From: an uncultured bacterium
GTDB taxonomy: Bacteria > Krumholzibacteriota > Krumholzibacteriia > JACNKJ01
Length of the DNA stretch: 64,000 nucleotides
Assembly (NCBI GenBank): GCA_963695095.1
Contig: CAVOFT010000001.1
Coordinates: 2,688,001-2,752,000, forward strand
Direction of reading: 5' to 3'
How positions within the stretch are numbered: the first letter of the stretch is position 1; every line of letters begins with the position of its first letter. Under the pieces are notes generated by a model that saw only the letters and a list, made by a program, of their open reading frames with translations, did no database searches and had not been told where the DNA came from. Made by a program: the position numbers and the translations under genes. Positions 17,069 through 27,403 of the stretch are shown here, in pieces.

Positions 17069-18445
17069 TCACTTGAGAAGCACGAGGCGCGCACTCGTCG
17101 TGCCCGCCGCCGTCTCGGCCCGCGCAAAGTACAGGCCACCCGGCAGATCCTCCGGTCGCCAGACGAACTCGCGCCGTCCCGCCGGCTGGACGCCCTCGTG
17201 GAGCGTCGCCACGCGGCGGCCCAGCGCGTCGTGGATGCTGAGGCTGAGGGCACCCGCTAGGGGCAGTTCGAGCACGAGCGTTACCGCCGGATTGAAGGGG
17301 TTCGGCCAGGCGGCGAGACGGAGGGCCGCGGCCGGCGGCGTCTGGGCGGTCGTCGAGCCGCCGGGCATCACGATGTCGAAGGGCGGCAGGCCCAGGTTGA
17401 TCGCGGGGCTGAGCAGCTCGCCCGTGGCGGCGGCGTAGACGCGCAGGCCCTCGGCGCCGAGCCTGCGGTCGGCGAGGAAGAGCTCGCCCGCCCCGTCCAG
17501 CTCCATGTCCGTGAAGTCGTAGCCCGTGCCCGTGGCCAGGGTGCCGAGCAGCGCGCCCGTGCTCGGGTTGAAGCGCTTCACGCGCGTGACGAAGGCGGCG
17601 TCGGCGACGATGGCGTAGGCCAGTGCTTCGCTCACCCAGACCACATCGACGAGGTCGCCGCCCAGGGTGCTCTCGGTGACGCAGTGGCCCAGGCTCGCGA
17701 GCGCGACCGGGTCCACCAGCTCGACGCCGCCGTCGGCGAGGCCGTAGTAGCCCACGCAGGCGCAGGCGATCGACGCGCCCGCCCGCCCCAGCTCCCAGGT
17801 CGGATTCGCACCCTGCAGCGCGATGGCCTGCACGCCGGCCTGCCCGGGGTCGCAGTCCACGAGCGTGTCGGTCGCCATGTCGATGACGGCCAGGTAACTG
17901 TCGCCGACCGGTGCCCAGTAGAAGTCGCGGTCCAGGCGCAGGATGGCCACGAAGAGCAGCCCGTCCACGGCGATGCAATCGCCCGGCTCGCAGGAGCCGT
18001 CGGCGTCCGCCCAGGCCGAGAGGTCGATGGCGCCCAGCCAGGCGCCCGTCGCGGGGTTCATGATCAGCACGTCGTCCGCGTTCTGGCGCGGCAGGTAGGC
18101 CTTGGCGCCATCGGGACTGAAGGCCACGGCCTGCGGGTTGGTCGCCGTGCCCACCGAGAACTCGTGGAGAGTGGCAAAGTCCTGCGCGGGGTCGAGCACC
18201 TGCAGGTTGTCCGCACCATAGCGATTGACGATGTAGACGAGCCCGCCATGCGCGCGGCCCACGGCGTCCGCGTGGACGGTCGCCACGTCGCGCGTGGCGG
18301 TCCAGGGCGCATTCGATTCGCAGACGCTGAACTTGCCGGTCACCCAGTCCGTGCAGACGGCGCCCACGAAGGGCTGGGCGGGCGCGGGCGCCGCGGCGGC
18401 CGCGACGATGAGGGCGATGGCGAAGGCGCAAAGGTGCGGGCGCAT
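17069..18445 (-). CDS. Secreted YncE/BtuG-like beta-propeller protein with FlgD/T9SS-like C-terminal tail
   Basis: Signal peptide, propeller-type repeats (VYIVNR, NPQAVAFS..G.KAY), tail WPNPFNP...GLYFAR...LVLLK. Lies in the B12 riboswitch operon. Confidence 0.7.
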   Translation of the reverse strand: MRPHLCAFAIALIVAAAAAPAPAQPFVGAVCTDWVTGKFSVCESNAPWTATRDVATVHADAVGRAHGGLVYIVNRYGADNLQVLDPAQDFATLHEFSVGTATNPQAVAFSPDGAKAYLPRQNADDVLIMNPATGAWLGAIDLSAWADADGSCEPGDCIAVDGLLFVAILRLDRDFYWAPVGDSYLAVIDMATDTLVDCDPGQAGVQAIALQGANPTWELGRAGASIACACVGYYGLADGGVELVDPVALASLGHCVTESTLGGDLVDVVWVSEALAYAIVADAAFVTRVKRFNPSTGALLGTLATGTGYDFTDMELDGAGELFLADRRLGAEGLRVYAAATGELLSPAINLGLPPFDIVMPGGSTTAQTPPAAALRLAAWPNPFNPAVTLVLELPLAGALSLSIHDALGRRVATLHEGVQPAGRREFVWRPEDLPGGLYFARAETAAGTTSARLVLLK

Positions 18446-18455
18446 GGGAGTCCTC

Positions 18456-20610
18456 CTAGCGGGTCGGCAGGTCACCGGCCCAGGCGAGGCCGGCGAGCCA
18501 GTGGCGGCCGGGCAGGGGGTAGCCGAGCTGATCCTCCACGCGCGTGTCGCCGAGGTTGCGGCCTTCGATTGAAAGGGTCAGCTTGCCGGTGACGCGCAGG
18601 TTCAGCCCCCGCCGACCAGAGCACGGCGGCGGGAAGCCTGCGATCGGGGTCGTTGTAGCGATCCGAGTAGGTGGCGGCGCGGGCTTCGCGCTCGGCGAAG
18701 AGGCCCAGGCGCTCGCTCTCCCAGCCCAGGCGAGCCAGCCCGCGCTGCGGGCTGCGGTAGGGCAACTGCTTGCCGTCGTAGGCGGCCAGGCCGCTGCGGT
18801 CCCGGGCAAAGAGCCGCGTGTCGGCGAGGGTCGCGCGCAGCCCGCGCCAGGCCAGCGCCAGCGACAGCTCGCGGCCCGTCACGCGGCTGGCGCCGATGTT
18901 CTCCGCGCGCACCGAGTACTGGCTGTTGCGCAGGTAGAGGATCTCATCGGCGAGGTCGCGGCGGAACCAGCTCAGCTCGCCGTCCAGCTCGAGACCGCTG
19001 CGGCAGAGGCCGAGCGCAAGGCCGGCGTCCGTCTGCGTGCCGGTCTCGGGGCGCAGGGCCGGATTGCCGCTGATGCTCACGTCCTGGCCGAAGAGCTCGA
19101 GCAGGCTGGGCGCGCGGTAGGCGTCGCCGGCATTGGCGCGCAGCGTGAGGGCCAGCGCTCCTCGCGCGGCCTCGAGGGCGCGCCAGCTGATCCCGCCGCG
19201 CCGCGTGCGTGCGGCGCTCTCGTGCTCGGGCTTGGGCAGGGCCGGCAGCCAGGGCAGGGGCGGCGGGCCGAAGTAGTTGTCGGCCAAGCGCTCCTCGCCA
19301 TAGCCGCCGACGAGCAGCAGACGGCCGCCGGCCGCGAGCCAGCGCGCCTCGAGCTCGCCGCGGCGGGTCTCGCGCCGGCGCTCGAAGCCGGCGGGCTTGG
19401 CGGGGTTCAGGTTGTCCGGCAGGAAGCGCTCGTCCTTGCGCTCGATGCGCAGCACGAGGTGCAGCGGCGCGAGCAGCAGCTCGGCGCGGGCCAGCGCGCC
19501 CTGGGCGGTAAGGCGGTCGCGCGTTTCATCGGCGACGAGGAAGGGTCCCGTCTCCCCGAGCGGATTGAGGAAGCGCGTCCAGCCCAGGCGCGCGAAACCC
19601 TCGGCGCCGAGCGAGAGGCGACCGGCGAGCAGCGGGCTCTCCCAGATGAGGCGGCCGTCGTGGCCGCTCCGCGCCGAGCGCGTGGCGCGCGTGGGCAGGC
19701 TCTCGGTGCCCGGGACGCCGTTCTCGCGGGCGAGGTAGCGATAGGCGAGCGTCCAGCGGCCTCCCCAGCGGCCGGCGGCGGGGGCCCAGGCCAGGCGCGC
19801 GAGCAGGTCGCGGGCGGCGAGCTCGGCGTTGGCGCGCAGGCGCAGCGTGTCGTCGGCCGTGTTGCTGAAGACGGTGCCGTTGCGATCCAGGTAGCTGTAG
19901 TCGGCCGCGCTGGCCAGGCCGCCCGCGGCGAGGAAGAGCGCGGTTTCGCCCGGACCCGCGAGCGCGAGCGAGAGCCCGCCGCGGCGGGTGGCGAAGCTGC
20001 CCGTGCCGAGGGCCGCGCGCAGGCCGCGCTGGCCGCCCGTCACCACGTTGACGGCGCCGGCGGCGCCAGCCGCGCCGAGTTCGACGGGCACGCCGCCGCG
20101 ATAGACCTCCAGGCGCTCCACGCCCACCAGCGGCAGTTCGTCGAGCAGGGCCATGCCGCTGAAGGGGCTGCGCAGGTCCATCCCGTCGACGAGCAGGGCC
20201 ACCTCCTCGCCCCCCGAGCCGCGGAAGCTGGCCGTGCTGAAGCTGCCCAGGCCCCCGAGACTGCGCAGTTCGACACCCGGCAGCTCGGCGAGCAGGGCAG
20301 CCGGCGCGGCGAGGCGGCGCGGGTGCGCCGCCGGCAAGATCACCGCGCGGGCCAGGCTCTCGCGCTCGGCGGCGAGGCGGCGGCGCAGGGGATCGCCCTC
20401 GACGGTGACCGTGGGCAGGGGAAAGATCGTGTCCAGGGGGGACCAGGCCTCGGGCGCCAGGGGTGCGGGCGCTGGCGCCATGGGCGCAGCCGGGCCGCCG
20501 TCCTCGGCGCCGGCCGCGGCGGCCGTCGAGAGCCCGAAGAGAAGAACGAGCGCGGCCAGGCCGACGCTAGGGCGAGAGCCCCGGCGCGCGCGGCGTCGAG
20601 CTTGAGCCAT
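18456..20610 (-). CDS. btuB: TonB-dependent receptor, BtuB-like (one +1 frameshift near 18608)
   Basis: Plug LPGV...SFRGS...LLVDG...ERLEVYRG...GAVNVVT, GNPALRPE, and C-terminal RNL.D...YPLPGR in the shifted frame. Downstream of a cobalamin riboswitch. Confidence 0.8.
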
Positions 20611-20671
20611 GATCAGCGGGGAGACCGTGCGTGCGCACGCCCCTCACTCCTTCCACGAGAGTGCCGGAACG

Positions 20672-20849
20672 AGGGTCGGGGCAGGTCTCCTGACTTACGG
20701 GGGGCCGAAGCCCTCGCGACCGCCGCCTTCCCAGTTTCCCAGTGGCGTCGTGGCGGTCTCCCGATCACAGTGGCGGGACCGTGGCGGCTTCACACCGCGC
20801 TTCCCTATTCTACCCTTGGGCGGACGCCCGCGGGTCACCACCGACCCTG
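20672..20849 (-). promoter_or_regulatory. Cobalamin riboswitch
   Basis: AATAGGGAA..GGTG..CCCGCCACTGTGA..GCCACTGGGAAACTGGGAAGGC..AGTCAGGAGACCTGCC, closed by an AGGGTCGG/CCGACCCT stem. Confidence 0.95.
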
Positions 20850-20906
20850 AACGCCGCCGAGCATAGCGCCATTGCGCACGGGCGGCAAGTCGCTTTCTTG
20901 GGGCGC

Positions 20907-21839
20907 ATGCTATCGCCCCCCGCGGCCCGGGATCCCTGGACCGTCACGCTCGCCCTGCTCGCCGTCCAGCTCCTCTTCGGCGTCCACTATGTGGTGGCCA
21001 AGCTGATCGTGACGGCCATGGACCCGGCGGCCTGGGCCTGCCTGCGCTCGGCCAGCGCCTTCGCCGTGCTGCTCGCCCTCGCGCTCATCTTCAAGCGCCG
21101 CCTGCCGGCGCCGCGGCGCCTGGCCTGGCTGGCCCTCTGCGCGGTCTTCGGCGTCATCCTCAACCAGGCGCTCTTCCTCGAAGGCCTGGCCCGCACGACG
21201 GCCGCCCACGCGGCCGTGATGAACAGCCAGATCCCCAGCTTCGCCCTGCTCGCCGCCGTGCTGATGGGCCAGGAGCGCCTGTCGCGGCGCAAGCTGGCCA
21301 GCTTCTTCCTCGGCCTGGCTGGCGTGCTCGTGCTGCTCCGGGCCGAGACGCTCCGCTTCGACGCGGCCACGCTCACGGGCGACCTGCTCAACCTGGCCAA
21401 CGCGGCGAGCTACGGCCTCTTCATCGCCCTGTCGCGCAAGGTCATGGCCAGGGAGGACGCGCTGGCGGCCACGGCCGTGCTCTTCTTCTTCGCGACGCTC
21501 GGGCTCGGCGCCTACGGGCTGGACGAGGTGCTCGCCCTGGATGCGCGGATCATCACGGCGGGGCTGGTCGGCGCCATGCTGTTCGCCGTGCTCGGCGCGA
21601 CGGTGGCCAGCTACCTGCTCAACGTGTGGGCGATCAAGCGCACGCAGGCCAGCCACGTGGCGCTCTTCATCTTCCTGCAGCCCCTGGTGGCGGCGGCGCT
21701 GGGGGTCGTCGCCCTCGGCGAGCGGGTGACGCTGCGGCTGCTCCTCGCCCTCGCCCTGGTCTTCCTCGCCCTGGCCCTCCGCGACGGCCGCGTCCCCGCG
21801 GCCCCGCCTGGCGCCGCCCCGGCCGAAAGAGCGGCTTGA
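20907..21839 (+). CDS. DMT/EamA family transporter
   Basis: About ten TM segments in two EamA repeats (GQERL, LQPLVA, LGERVT). Confidence 0.9.
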   Translation: MLSPPAARDPWTVTLALLAVQLLFGVHYVVAKLIVTAMDPAAWACLRSASAFAVLLALALIFKRRLPAPRRLAWLALCAVFGVILNQALFLEGLARTTAAHAAVMNSQIPSFALLAAVLMGQERLSRRKLASFFLGLAGVLVLLRAETLRFDAATLTGDLLNLANAASYGLFIALSRKVMAREDALAATAVLFFFATLGLGAYGLDEVLALDARIITAGLVGAMLFAVLGATVASYLLNVWAIKRTQASHVALFIFLQPLVAAALGVVALGERVTLRLLLALALVFLALALRDGRVPAAPPGAAPAERAA

Positions 21840-21892
21840 CGGTTTCAGAGAGATGCGACAAACTTCAGGAAACCTTAGCCCCGAGGCCAGCC

Positions 21893-22222
21893 ATGGACCC
21901 CCACCACTTGCTCAAGGACCCCAAGGTCGTCGCCCTGCAATCGGCCATCTGCAAGATCATGAGCAATCCCCGGCGCGTGCAGCTGCTGCACATCCTGGAG
22001 ACCGGCGAGAAGAGCGTGGGCGAGCTGGTCGAGCTGACCGGCCTGCGCAAGGCCGCCGTGAGCCAGAATCTGGGCCTGATGCGGGCGCGCAAGCTCGTCA
22101 CGGCGCGCCGCGACGGCCAGAAGGTCTACTACACGCTCCGCAGCCGCCGCCTGCTGGCCGCCTGCGCGAGCATGGAAGAGCTGCTCACCGAGCTGATCGC
22201 CCTGGAGCCCGAGACCGACTGA
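21893..22222 (+). CDS. ArsR/SmtB family regulator
   Basis: SNPRRVQLL..L..GEKSVGEL...VSQNL..MR...V..RRDGQKVYY. TTGACG-N17-CAAACT promoter upstream. Confidence 0.9.
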   Translation: MDPHHLLKDPKVVALQSAICKIMSNPRRVQLLHILETGEKSVGELVELTGLRKAAVSQNLGLMRARKLVTARRDGQKVYYTLRSRRLLAACASMEELLTELIALEPETD

Positions 22223-22384
22223 AGCCGGCCACCGCCCCCCTCGCCTCCTCGCATGACAGATTCAGGCCATTCGGGCCTTTAACTACGGGCGCCTCCTGCC
22301 TACATTGCCCGGGTCCCGCCCGGCCGAGCGCCCACTGGGGCGAGCGCCGCGGCCTGGATTTCGCGACAACCGCAGGGGGTTTGC

Positions 22385-23233
22385 ATGCCGTACACCATCC
22401 TCGCCAAGCGGACCCTCGCCCCGAAGACCGTGCTCTTCGAGATCGAGGCGCCCCAGGTGGCCCGCAAGGCCAAGGCCGGCCAGTTCATCATCCTGCGCGT
22501 GCAGGACCAGGGCGAGCGCATCCCGCTCACCATCGCCCAGACCGATCCGGAGCGCGGCAGCGTCACCATCGTGATCCAGGAGCTGGGCAAGACGACCTTC
22601 GACCTCAACCGCCTCGAGGCGGGCGAGAGCTTGCTCGACTTCGTCGGCCCCCTGGGCAAGCCCACGCACATCCAGAAGCAGGGCACCGTGGTCTGCGTGG
22701 GCGGCGGCGTGGGCAACGCCGTGGTCTGGGCCCAGGTGCGCGGCTTCAAGGAGGCGGGCAACCGGGTGATCACGATCATCGGCGCGCGCAGCAAGGAGCT
22801 GCTCATCCTCGAGCAGGAGATCGGCGCGCTCAGCGACCAGCTCATCGTCACCACCGACGACGGCAGCTACGGCCGCAAGGGCCTGGTCACGGAGCCGCTC
22901 GCCGAGCTGCTCGAGAAGGAGAAGGTGGACGAGGTGGTCACCATCGGCCCGGTGATCATGATGAAGTTCGTCTGCAAGACGACGGCGAAGTTCGGCGTGC
23001 CCACGCAGGCCAGCCTGAACCCGATCATGGTGGACGGCACCGGCATGTGCGGCGCCTGCCGCGTCACGGTGGGCGGCGTTACCCGCTTCGCCTGCGTGGA
23101 CGGCCCCGAGTTCGACGGCCACCAGGTGGACTTCGACGAGCTGATGACCCGCCTGGCCTTCTACAAGGACCTGGAGACCGCGGCCTACGAGCGGGCGCGG
23201 GACCACGAATGCAACCTGCTCAAGCAAGGCTAG
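22385..23233 (+). CDS. nfnA: Electron-bifurcating transhydrogenase small subunit (NfnA/SudB type)
   Basis: GQFIILR..GERIPLT, GPLG, TDDGSYG, SLNPIMVDGTGMCGACRV, CVDGPEFD. Confidence 0.9.
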   Translation: MPYTILAKRTLAPKTVLFEIEAPQVARKAKAGQFIILRVQDQGERIPLTIAQTDPERGSVTIVIQELGKTTFDLNRLEAGESLLDFVGPLGKPTHIQKQGTVVCVGGGVGNAVVWAQVRGFKEAGNRVITIIGARSKELLILEQEIGALSDQLIVTTDDGSYGRKGLVTEPLAELLEKEKVDEVVTIGPVIMMKFVCKTTAKFGVPTQASLNPIMVDGTGMCGACRVTVGGVTRFACVDGPEFDGHQVDFDELMTRLAFYKDLETAAYERARDHECNLLKQG

Positions 23234-23243
23234 GGGGTGCAGC

Positions 23244-24707
23244 ATGAGTGACGAGAAGCCCAACGGCGGCAAGCCCAGGCGCGTGATCAACAAGCAGAAG
23301 CAGAAGACACCGATGCCGGAGCAGGCTCCGTCCGAGCGCATCAAGAACTTCAACGAGGTGCCCCTGGGCTACAGCCCCGAGGACGCGGTCAACGAGGCCC
23401 TGCGCTGCCTGCAGTGCAAGACCCAGCCCTGCACGGGCGGCTGCCCGGTGGACGTGGACATCCCCGGCGCCCTGGGCTTCATCGCCGCCGGCGACTTCGA
23501 GGCCGCCTACCGGCGCATCAAGACCACCAACTTCCTGCCGGCCATCTGCGGGCGCGTCTGCCCGCAGGAGGACCAGTGCGAGATGTACTGCGTGCTCGGC
23601 AAGAAGGGCGAGCCGGGCGGCATCGGGCGCCTGGAGCGCTTCGTCGCCGACTGGCACATGAGCCAACCCGAGCTGGAGACCCTGCCCGAGACGGCTCCGC
23701 CCACGGGCAAGAAGGTGGCCATCATCGGCAGCGGGCCGGCGGGACTGACCGCAGCCAGCGATCTCATCCAGCGCGGCCACGAGGTGCACGTCTTCGAGGC
23801 CCTGCACAAGCCGGGCGGCGTGCTCTTCTACGGCATCCCCGAGTTCCGCCTGCCCAAGAAGATCCTGCTCAAGGAGATCGACGGGCTGCAGCAGATGGGC
23901 GTGAAGCTCCACCTCAACTACGTGGTGGGCGCAACCGAGACCCTGAGCGAACTGCGCGAGCGCTTCGACGCCATCTTCGTCGGCGTGGGCGCGGGGCTGC
24001 CCTGGTTCCTGAACATCCCGGGCGAGAACCTCAATGGCGTCTACAGCGCCAACGAGTTCCTCACCCGCGTGAACCTGATGGGCGCCTACGACTTCCCCCG
24101 CCGCGACACGCCGGTGAAGGCGGGCCAGCACATCGTGGTGGTCGGCGCGGGCAACACGGCCATGGACTCGGCGCGCACGGCCAAGCGCCTGCAGCCCGAG
24201 CGCGTGACCCTGCTCTACCGGCGCAGCCGGGCGGAGATGCCCGCCCGCGGCGAGGAGATCCACCACGCCGAGGAAGAGGGCATCGACTTCATGCTCCTGC
24301 ACAACCCGCTGGAGATTCTCAGCGACGGCCAGGGCAAGGTGCGCGCCGTGCGCGTGCAGAAGATGGAGCTGGGCGAGCCCGACGCGAGCGGGCGGGCCAA
24401 ACCGGTGCCGGTCGCGGGCAGCGAGTTCGAGCTGCCCTGCGACAGCGTCGTGGTCGCGCTCGGTTGCAGTCCGAACCCGCTGATGACCAAGGTCGAGCCC
24501 GAGCTCACCCTGACGAAGCGCGGCACGATCGTGGTCGACGAGGAGACGATGGAGACCAGCGTGCCCGGCGTCTTCGCGGGCGGCGACATCGTGACCGGCG
24601 GCGCGACGGTGATTCTCGCCATGGGCGCGGGACGACTGGCGGCGAATGCCATGCATCGCTATATTGCGACCGGTTCGGCGAAGCCGGCTGCAGAGACGGT
24701 GAGCTGA
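23244..24707 (+). CDS. nfnB: Electron-bifurcating transhydrogenase large subunit (NfnB/SudA, GltD-like)
   Basis: RCLQC...C..GCPV, CGRVCPQE.QC, GSGPAG, YGIPEFRLPK, GAGNTAMD, GGDIVTG.ATVILAMGAG. Paired with nfnA. Confidence 0.9.
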   Translation: MSDEKPNGGKPRRVINKQKQKTPMPEQAPSERIKNFNEVPLGYSPEDAVNEALRCLQCKTQPCTGGCPVDVDIPGALGFIAAGDFEAAYRRIKTTNFLPAICGRVCPQEDQCEMYCVLGKKGEPGGIGRLERFVADWHMSQPELETLPETAPPTGKKVAIIGSGPAGLTAASDLIQRGHEVHVFEALHKPGGVLFYGIPEFRLPKKILLKEIDGLQQMGVKLHLNYVVGATETLSELRERFDAIFVGVGAGLPWFLNIPGENLNGVYSANEFLTRVNLMGAYDFPRRDTPVKAGQHIVVVGAGNTAMDSARTAKRLQPERVTLLYRRSRAEMPARGEEIHHAEEEGIDFMLLHNPLEILSDGQGKVRAVRVQKMELGEPDASGRAKPVPVAGSEFELPCDSVVVALGCSPNPLMTKVEPELTLTKRGTIVVDEETMETSVPGVFAGGDIVTGGATVILAMGAGRLAANAMHRYIATGSAKPAAETVS

Positions 24708-24771
24708 GCCGCCATTCCTCTTGAGTGTTGTGTGCCGGCGCCTCCCATGGGGCGCCGGTTTTCGTTTGCTG

Positions 24772-26079
24772 CTAGCGGCCCCGGAGCGCCGGCCAGAGCA
24801 TGAGCACCCCCACCGCACGGCCGCCGAGCAGGGCCAGCGAGGCGGCGACCGCGCCGGGCAGGTCGAAGCTCAGCACGCCGAGCGCCAGCAGCAGGATGAC
24901 CGCCGCCACCTCGGCCCCCGTCGCCCAGGTGATGGGCCGCGTGCGCCGCGCGACGACGAGGATGGCCCTCTGGAAAGCGTTGATCACCACCAGGGCCGGG
25001 ATCGCCACCTGCAGCATCAGCGGCAGGCGCGAGAAGGCCGCCAGCGTGGGGCTGAGACCCGAGACGCGCTCGAACCAGAGACCCGACAGCGGCGTGAAGG
25101 CGAGCAGGCAGAGCCCGCCCGAGAGCAGCAGGGCCAGCCGGATCACGAAGCGCCGCAGGGGCGGCCGCTGCAGCTCGCCTCGCGCGAGGAGCGCGATGCC
25201 CACCTCCTGCACGGCCAGGCCCGGCGCGCGGAAGATGAAGCCCAGCGAGCCGATCACGGGCAGCACGGCCAGCGACTCCAGCGAGTAGCGCGCCTGGCCC
25301 ATGAAGAAGGTGACCAGGGGCTGCACGGCCATGGTCAGCCAGGCGGTCAGGGCCAGCGGCGTGTAGAAGTCCAGGATCTTGCGATAGCCGGGCGCCTCGC
25401 CCGCCGCCTCGAGCGGCAGGCGGCGCAGCGCGGCCAGCGGCCCGCGCGCGAGCCAGCGCGTGACTACGGCCTCCACGCAGACGCCGGCCGAGAGCGCGGC
25501 CGCGCCCAGCCAGGCGCCCTCGATGCCGCCGTGGGCATAGAGGGCCAGGCCCATCGCGAGCATGGCGGCCACGCGCGTCATCGTCCCGTAGGCCACGCGC
25601 CGCGTGTAGCCGTGGCGAATCAGGATCCCCTGGTAGAAGCGCCGGTAGCCGATGGCGCCCGGCCAGGGCAACAAAATGAGCAGCGCGCGGCGAGTGAGGC
25701 GCTGCACCTCGGGCGGCAACTGGATGAGGTCCGCGAAGATGAAGCGGTAGATGGGCGGAATGAGGATGAAGAGCATCGTCGCCGTGATCAGGGCGATGAG
25801 CGCCATGTTGAAGCGGCGCAGGCGGCGGTAGGCCGTGGGCGCGCCGGCCAGCGCCGTGGCCGCGCTCATCATCATGATCACCGGCGCCTCGACGATGATG
25901 GCGAAAGCGAAAGCGACGCCGTAGGCCGCCAGGTTCATCTTGGGCTCGGCGAGCCGGGCGATGAGGGCGGCCAGCACGGGGCCCTCGACGGCCATCATCA
26001 GCCAGGTGGCGGCCAGTGGCGCCCAGAAGCGGACGATGGCCCGCTGCCGGAGCGGCAGCTCGGGAGCGCCGGCGATCAT
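24772..26079 (-). CDS. MOP superfamily (MATE/ANKH-like) membrane protein
   Basis: About 12 TM segments; FWAPLAATWLMM, LAAYGVAF, RRFYQGILIR. Confidence 0.7.
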   Translation of the reverse strand: MIAGAPELPLRQRAIVRFWAPLAATWLMMAVEGPVLAALIARLAEPKMNLAAYGVAFAFAIIVEAPVIMMMSAATALAGAPTAYRRLRRFNMALIALITATMLFILIPPIYRFIFADLIQLPPEVQRLTRRALLILLPWPGAIGYRRFYQGILIRHGYTRRVAYGTMTRVAAMLAMGLALYAHGGIEGAWLGAAALSAGVCVEAVVTRWLARGPLAALRRLPLEAAGEAPGYRKILDFYTPLALTAWLTMAVQPLVTFFMGQARYSLESLAVLPVIGSLGFIFRAPGLAVQEVGIALLARGELQRPPLRRFVIRLALLLSGGLCLLAFTPLSGLWFERVSGLSPTLAAFSRLPLMLQVAIPALVVINAFQRAILVVARRTRPITWATGAEVAAVILLLALGVLSFDLPGAVAASLALLGGRAVGVLMLWPALRGR

Positions 26080-26080
26080 G

Positions 26081-27403
26081 CTAGGAGGGGTCCGCGGGGG
26101 CGGGCGCGGCCGCCGGCATCTCGCTCCGGCGCGGCCGCAGGAAGGGAATGAGCAGAATCGGCAGGAAGGCGATCCAGGCGTCCAGGCGCAGGGTCGCCAT
26201 GTAGCCGTGCAGCTCGGCGTACTGCCCCTGCCAGGCGCTCGAGTAGGTGTACATGAGATTGCGCAGGGCCATGTAGCCCGAGAACTGCGTGGCGGCGACG
26301 AGCGGACTCGTCAGCCCCATGAAGACGGCGATGTTCGTGCCCGAGATCAGCCCCGAGAAGAAGCTGTAGATGAGCGACACGCCCCAGTAGCTCGCCACCG
26401 TCACGCCCTCCGTCCCGGCCGCGCCCGAGAACTGGCCCGAGAGCCAGAAGGTAGGCAAGGTGGTGAGCGCGTACCAGAGGGCCAGCATCTTGCGATGGCC
26501 GAGGCGATCGCTGATCCAGCCGCCCAGCACGCAGCCGATGGCGGCCAGCACCGTGCCCTGCACGTTCAGGTTCGCGATCTGGTCCTCGCTGAGCCCCAGG
26601 TCCACCTGCATCGTGTTGCCGAGCGCGAGGCCGAGCGCGAGGGCGCCGTTGGGCACGGCGGCGAAGAACACGCCCAGCAGGGGCCCGCGGCCGGAGCGAA
26701 AGAAGCCGCGCCCCAGCTCGATCAGGTAGGCCTTGAGCCGGCCGAGGATGGCCCCGAGCACGGCCAGCCGGCCGGCGATGGCCACCTCCGCCGCCGCGAG
26801 GGCCCGCTGCGGCTCGACGATGCGCATCGAGACCGCCACCAGGATGATCGCCAGCAGCCCGCAGACGAAGGGGTAGCTGGCGCCGAAGCCGAAGCGGCCG
26901 GCGATGTAGAGCGCCCCGCTGCCGCCCAGAGCCTGGCCCAGGTAGCTCGCCCCGAACATGAAGCCGTTGGCCACCCCCCGCTCGCTCGCGGGCAGCACGT
27001 TCACGGCCAGGGCATCGATGGCGATGTCCTGCGTGGCCGAGAACACGTTGTGGATGATGATGAGCAGGGTGAGCAGCTTCAGGTTCGCGCCCGGGTCCAC
27101 GGCCCACACCAGCGCGAGGGTGAGGATCATCATCAGCTGGGCGCCGACGATCCAGGCGCGGTAGTGGCCGAAGCGGCGCAGGTCGACGAGATCCACGATG
27201 GGCGCCCAGAGGGGCTTGAAGCCCCAGGGCGCGTAGAGCGAGGCGATGAACAGGCCCACCTCGCCGATCGATAGCCCCGACTGGCGCAGATAGGTGGCCA
27301 TGGCCGTGGCCGTGAAGCCGAAGGGAATGCCCTCGCTGAGGTACAGCAGGCTGAAGGCGGTCAGGCGGCCGCGGCGGGAGGCGAGGATGTTGGCTGGGAG
27401 CAT
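26081..27403 (-). CDS. AmpG-like MFS transporter
   Basis: LYLSEGIPFGF, PWGFKPLWAPIVD, SATQDIAIDALAV, ATQFS.YMAL.N. Confidence 0.85.
   Translation of the reverse strand: MLPANILASRRGRLTAFSLLYLSEGIPFGFTATAMATYLRQSGLSIGEVGLFIASLYAPWGFKPLWAPIVDLVDLRRFGHYRAWIVGAQLMMILTLALVWAVDPGANLKLLTLLIIIHNVFSATQDIAIDALAVNVLPASERGVANGFMFGASYLGQALGGSGALYIAGRFGFGASYPFVCGLLAIILVAVSMRIVEPQRALAAAEVAIAGRLAVLGAILGRLKAYLIELGRGFFRSGRGPLLGVFFAAVPNGALALGLALGNTMQVDLGLSEDQIANLNVQGTVLAAIGCVLGGWISDRLGHRKMLALWYALTTLPTFWLSGQFSGAAGTEGVTVASYWGVSLIYSFFSGLISGTNIAVFMGLTSPLVAATQFSGYMALRNLMYTYSSAWQGQYAELHGYMATLRLDAWIAFLPILLIPFLRPRRSEMPAAAPAPADPS

Noticed and set aside
23244..24707. Glutamate synthase small subunit gltD
   Set aside because: No gltB nearby, and it is paired with an NfnA-type gene.
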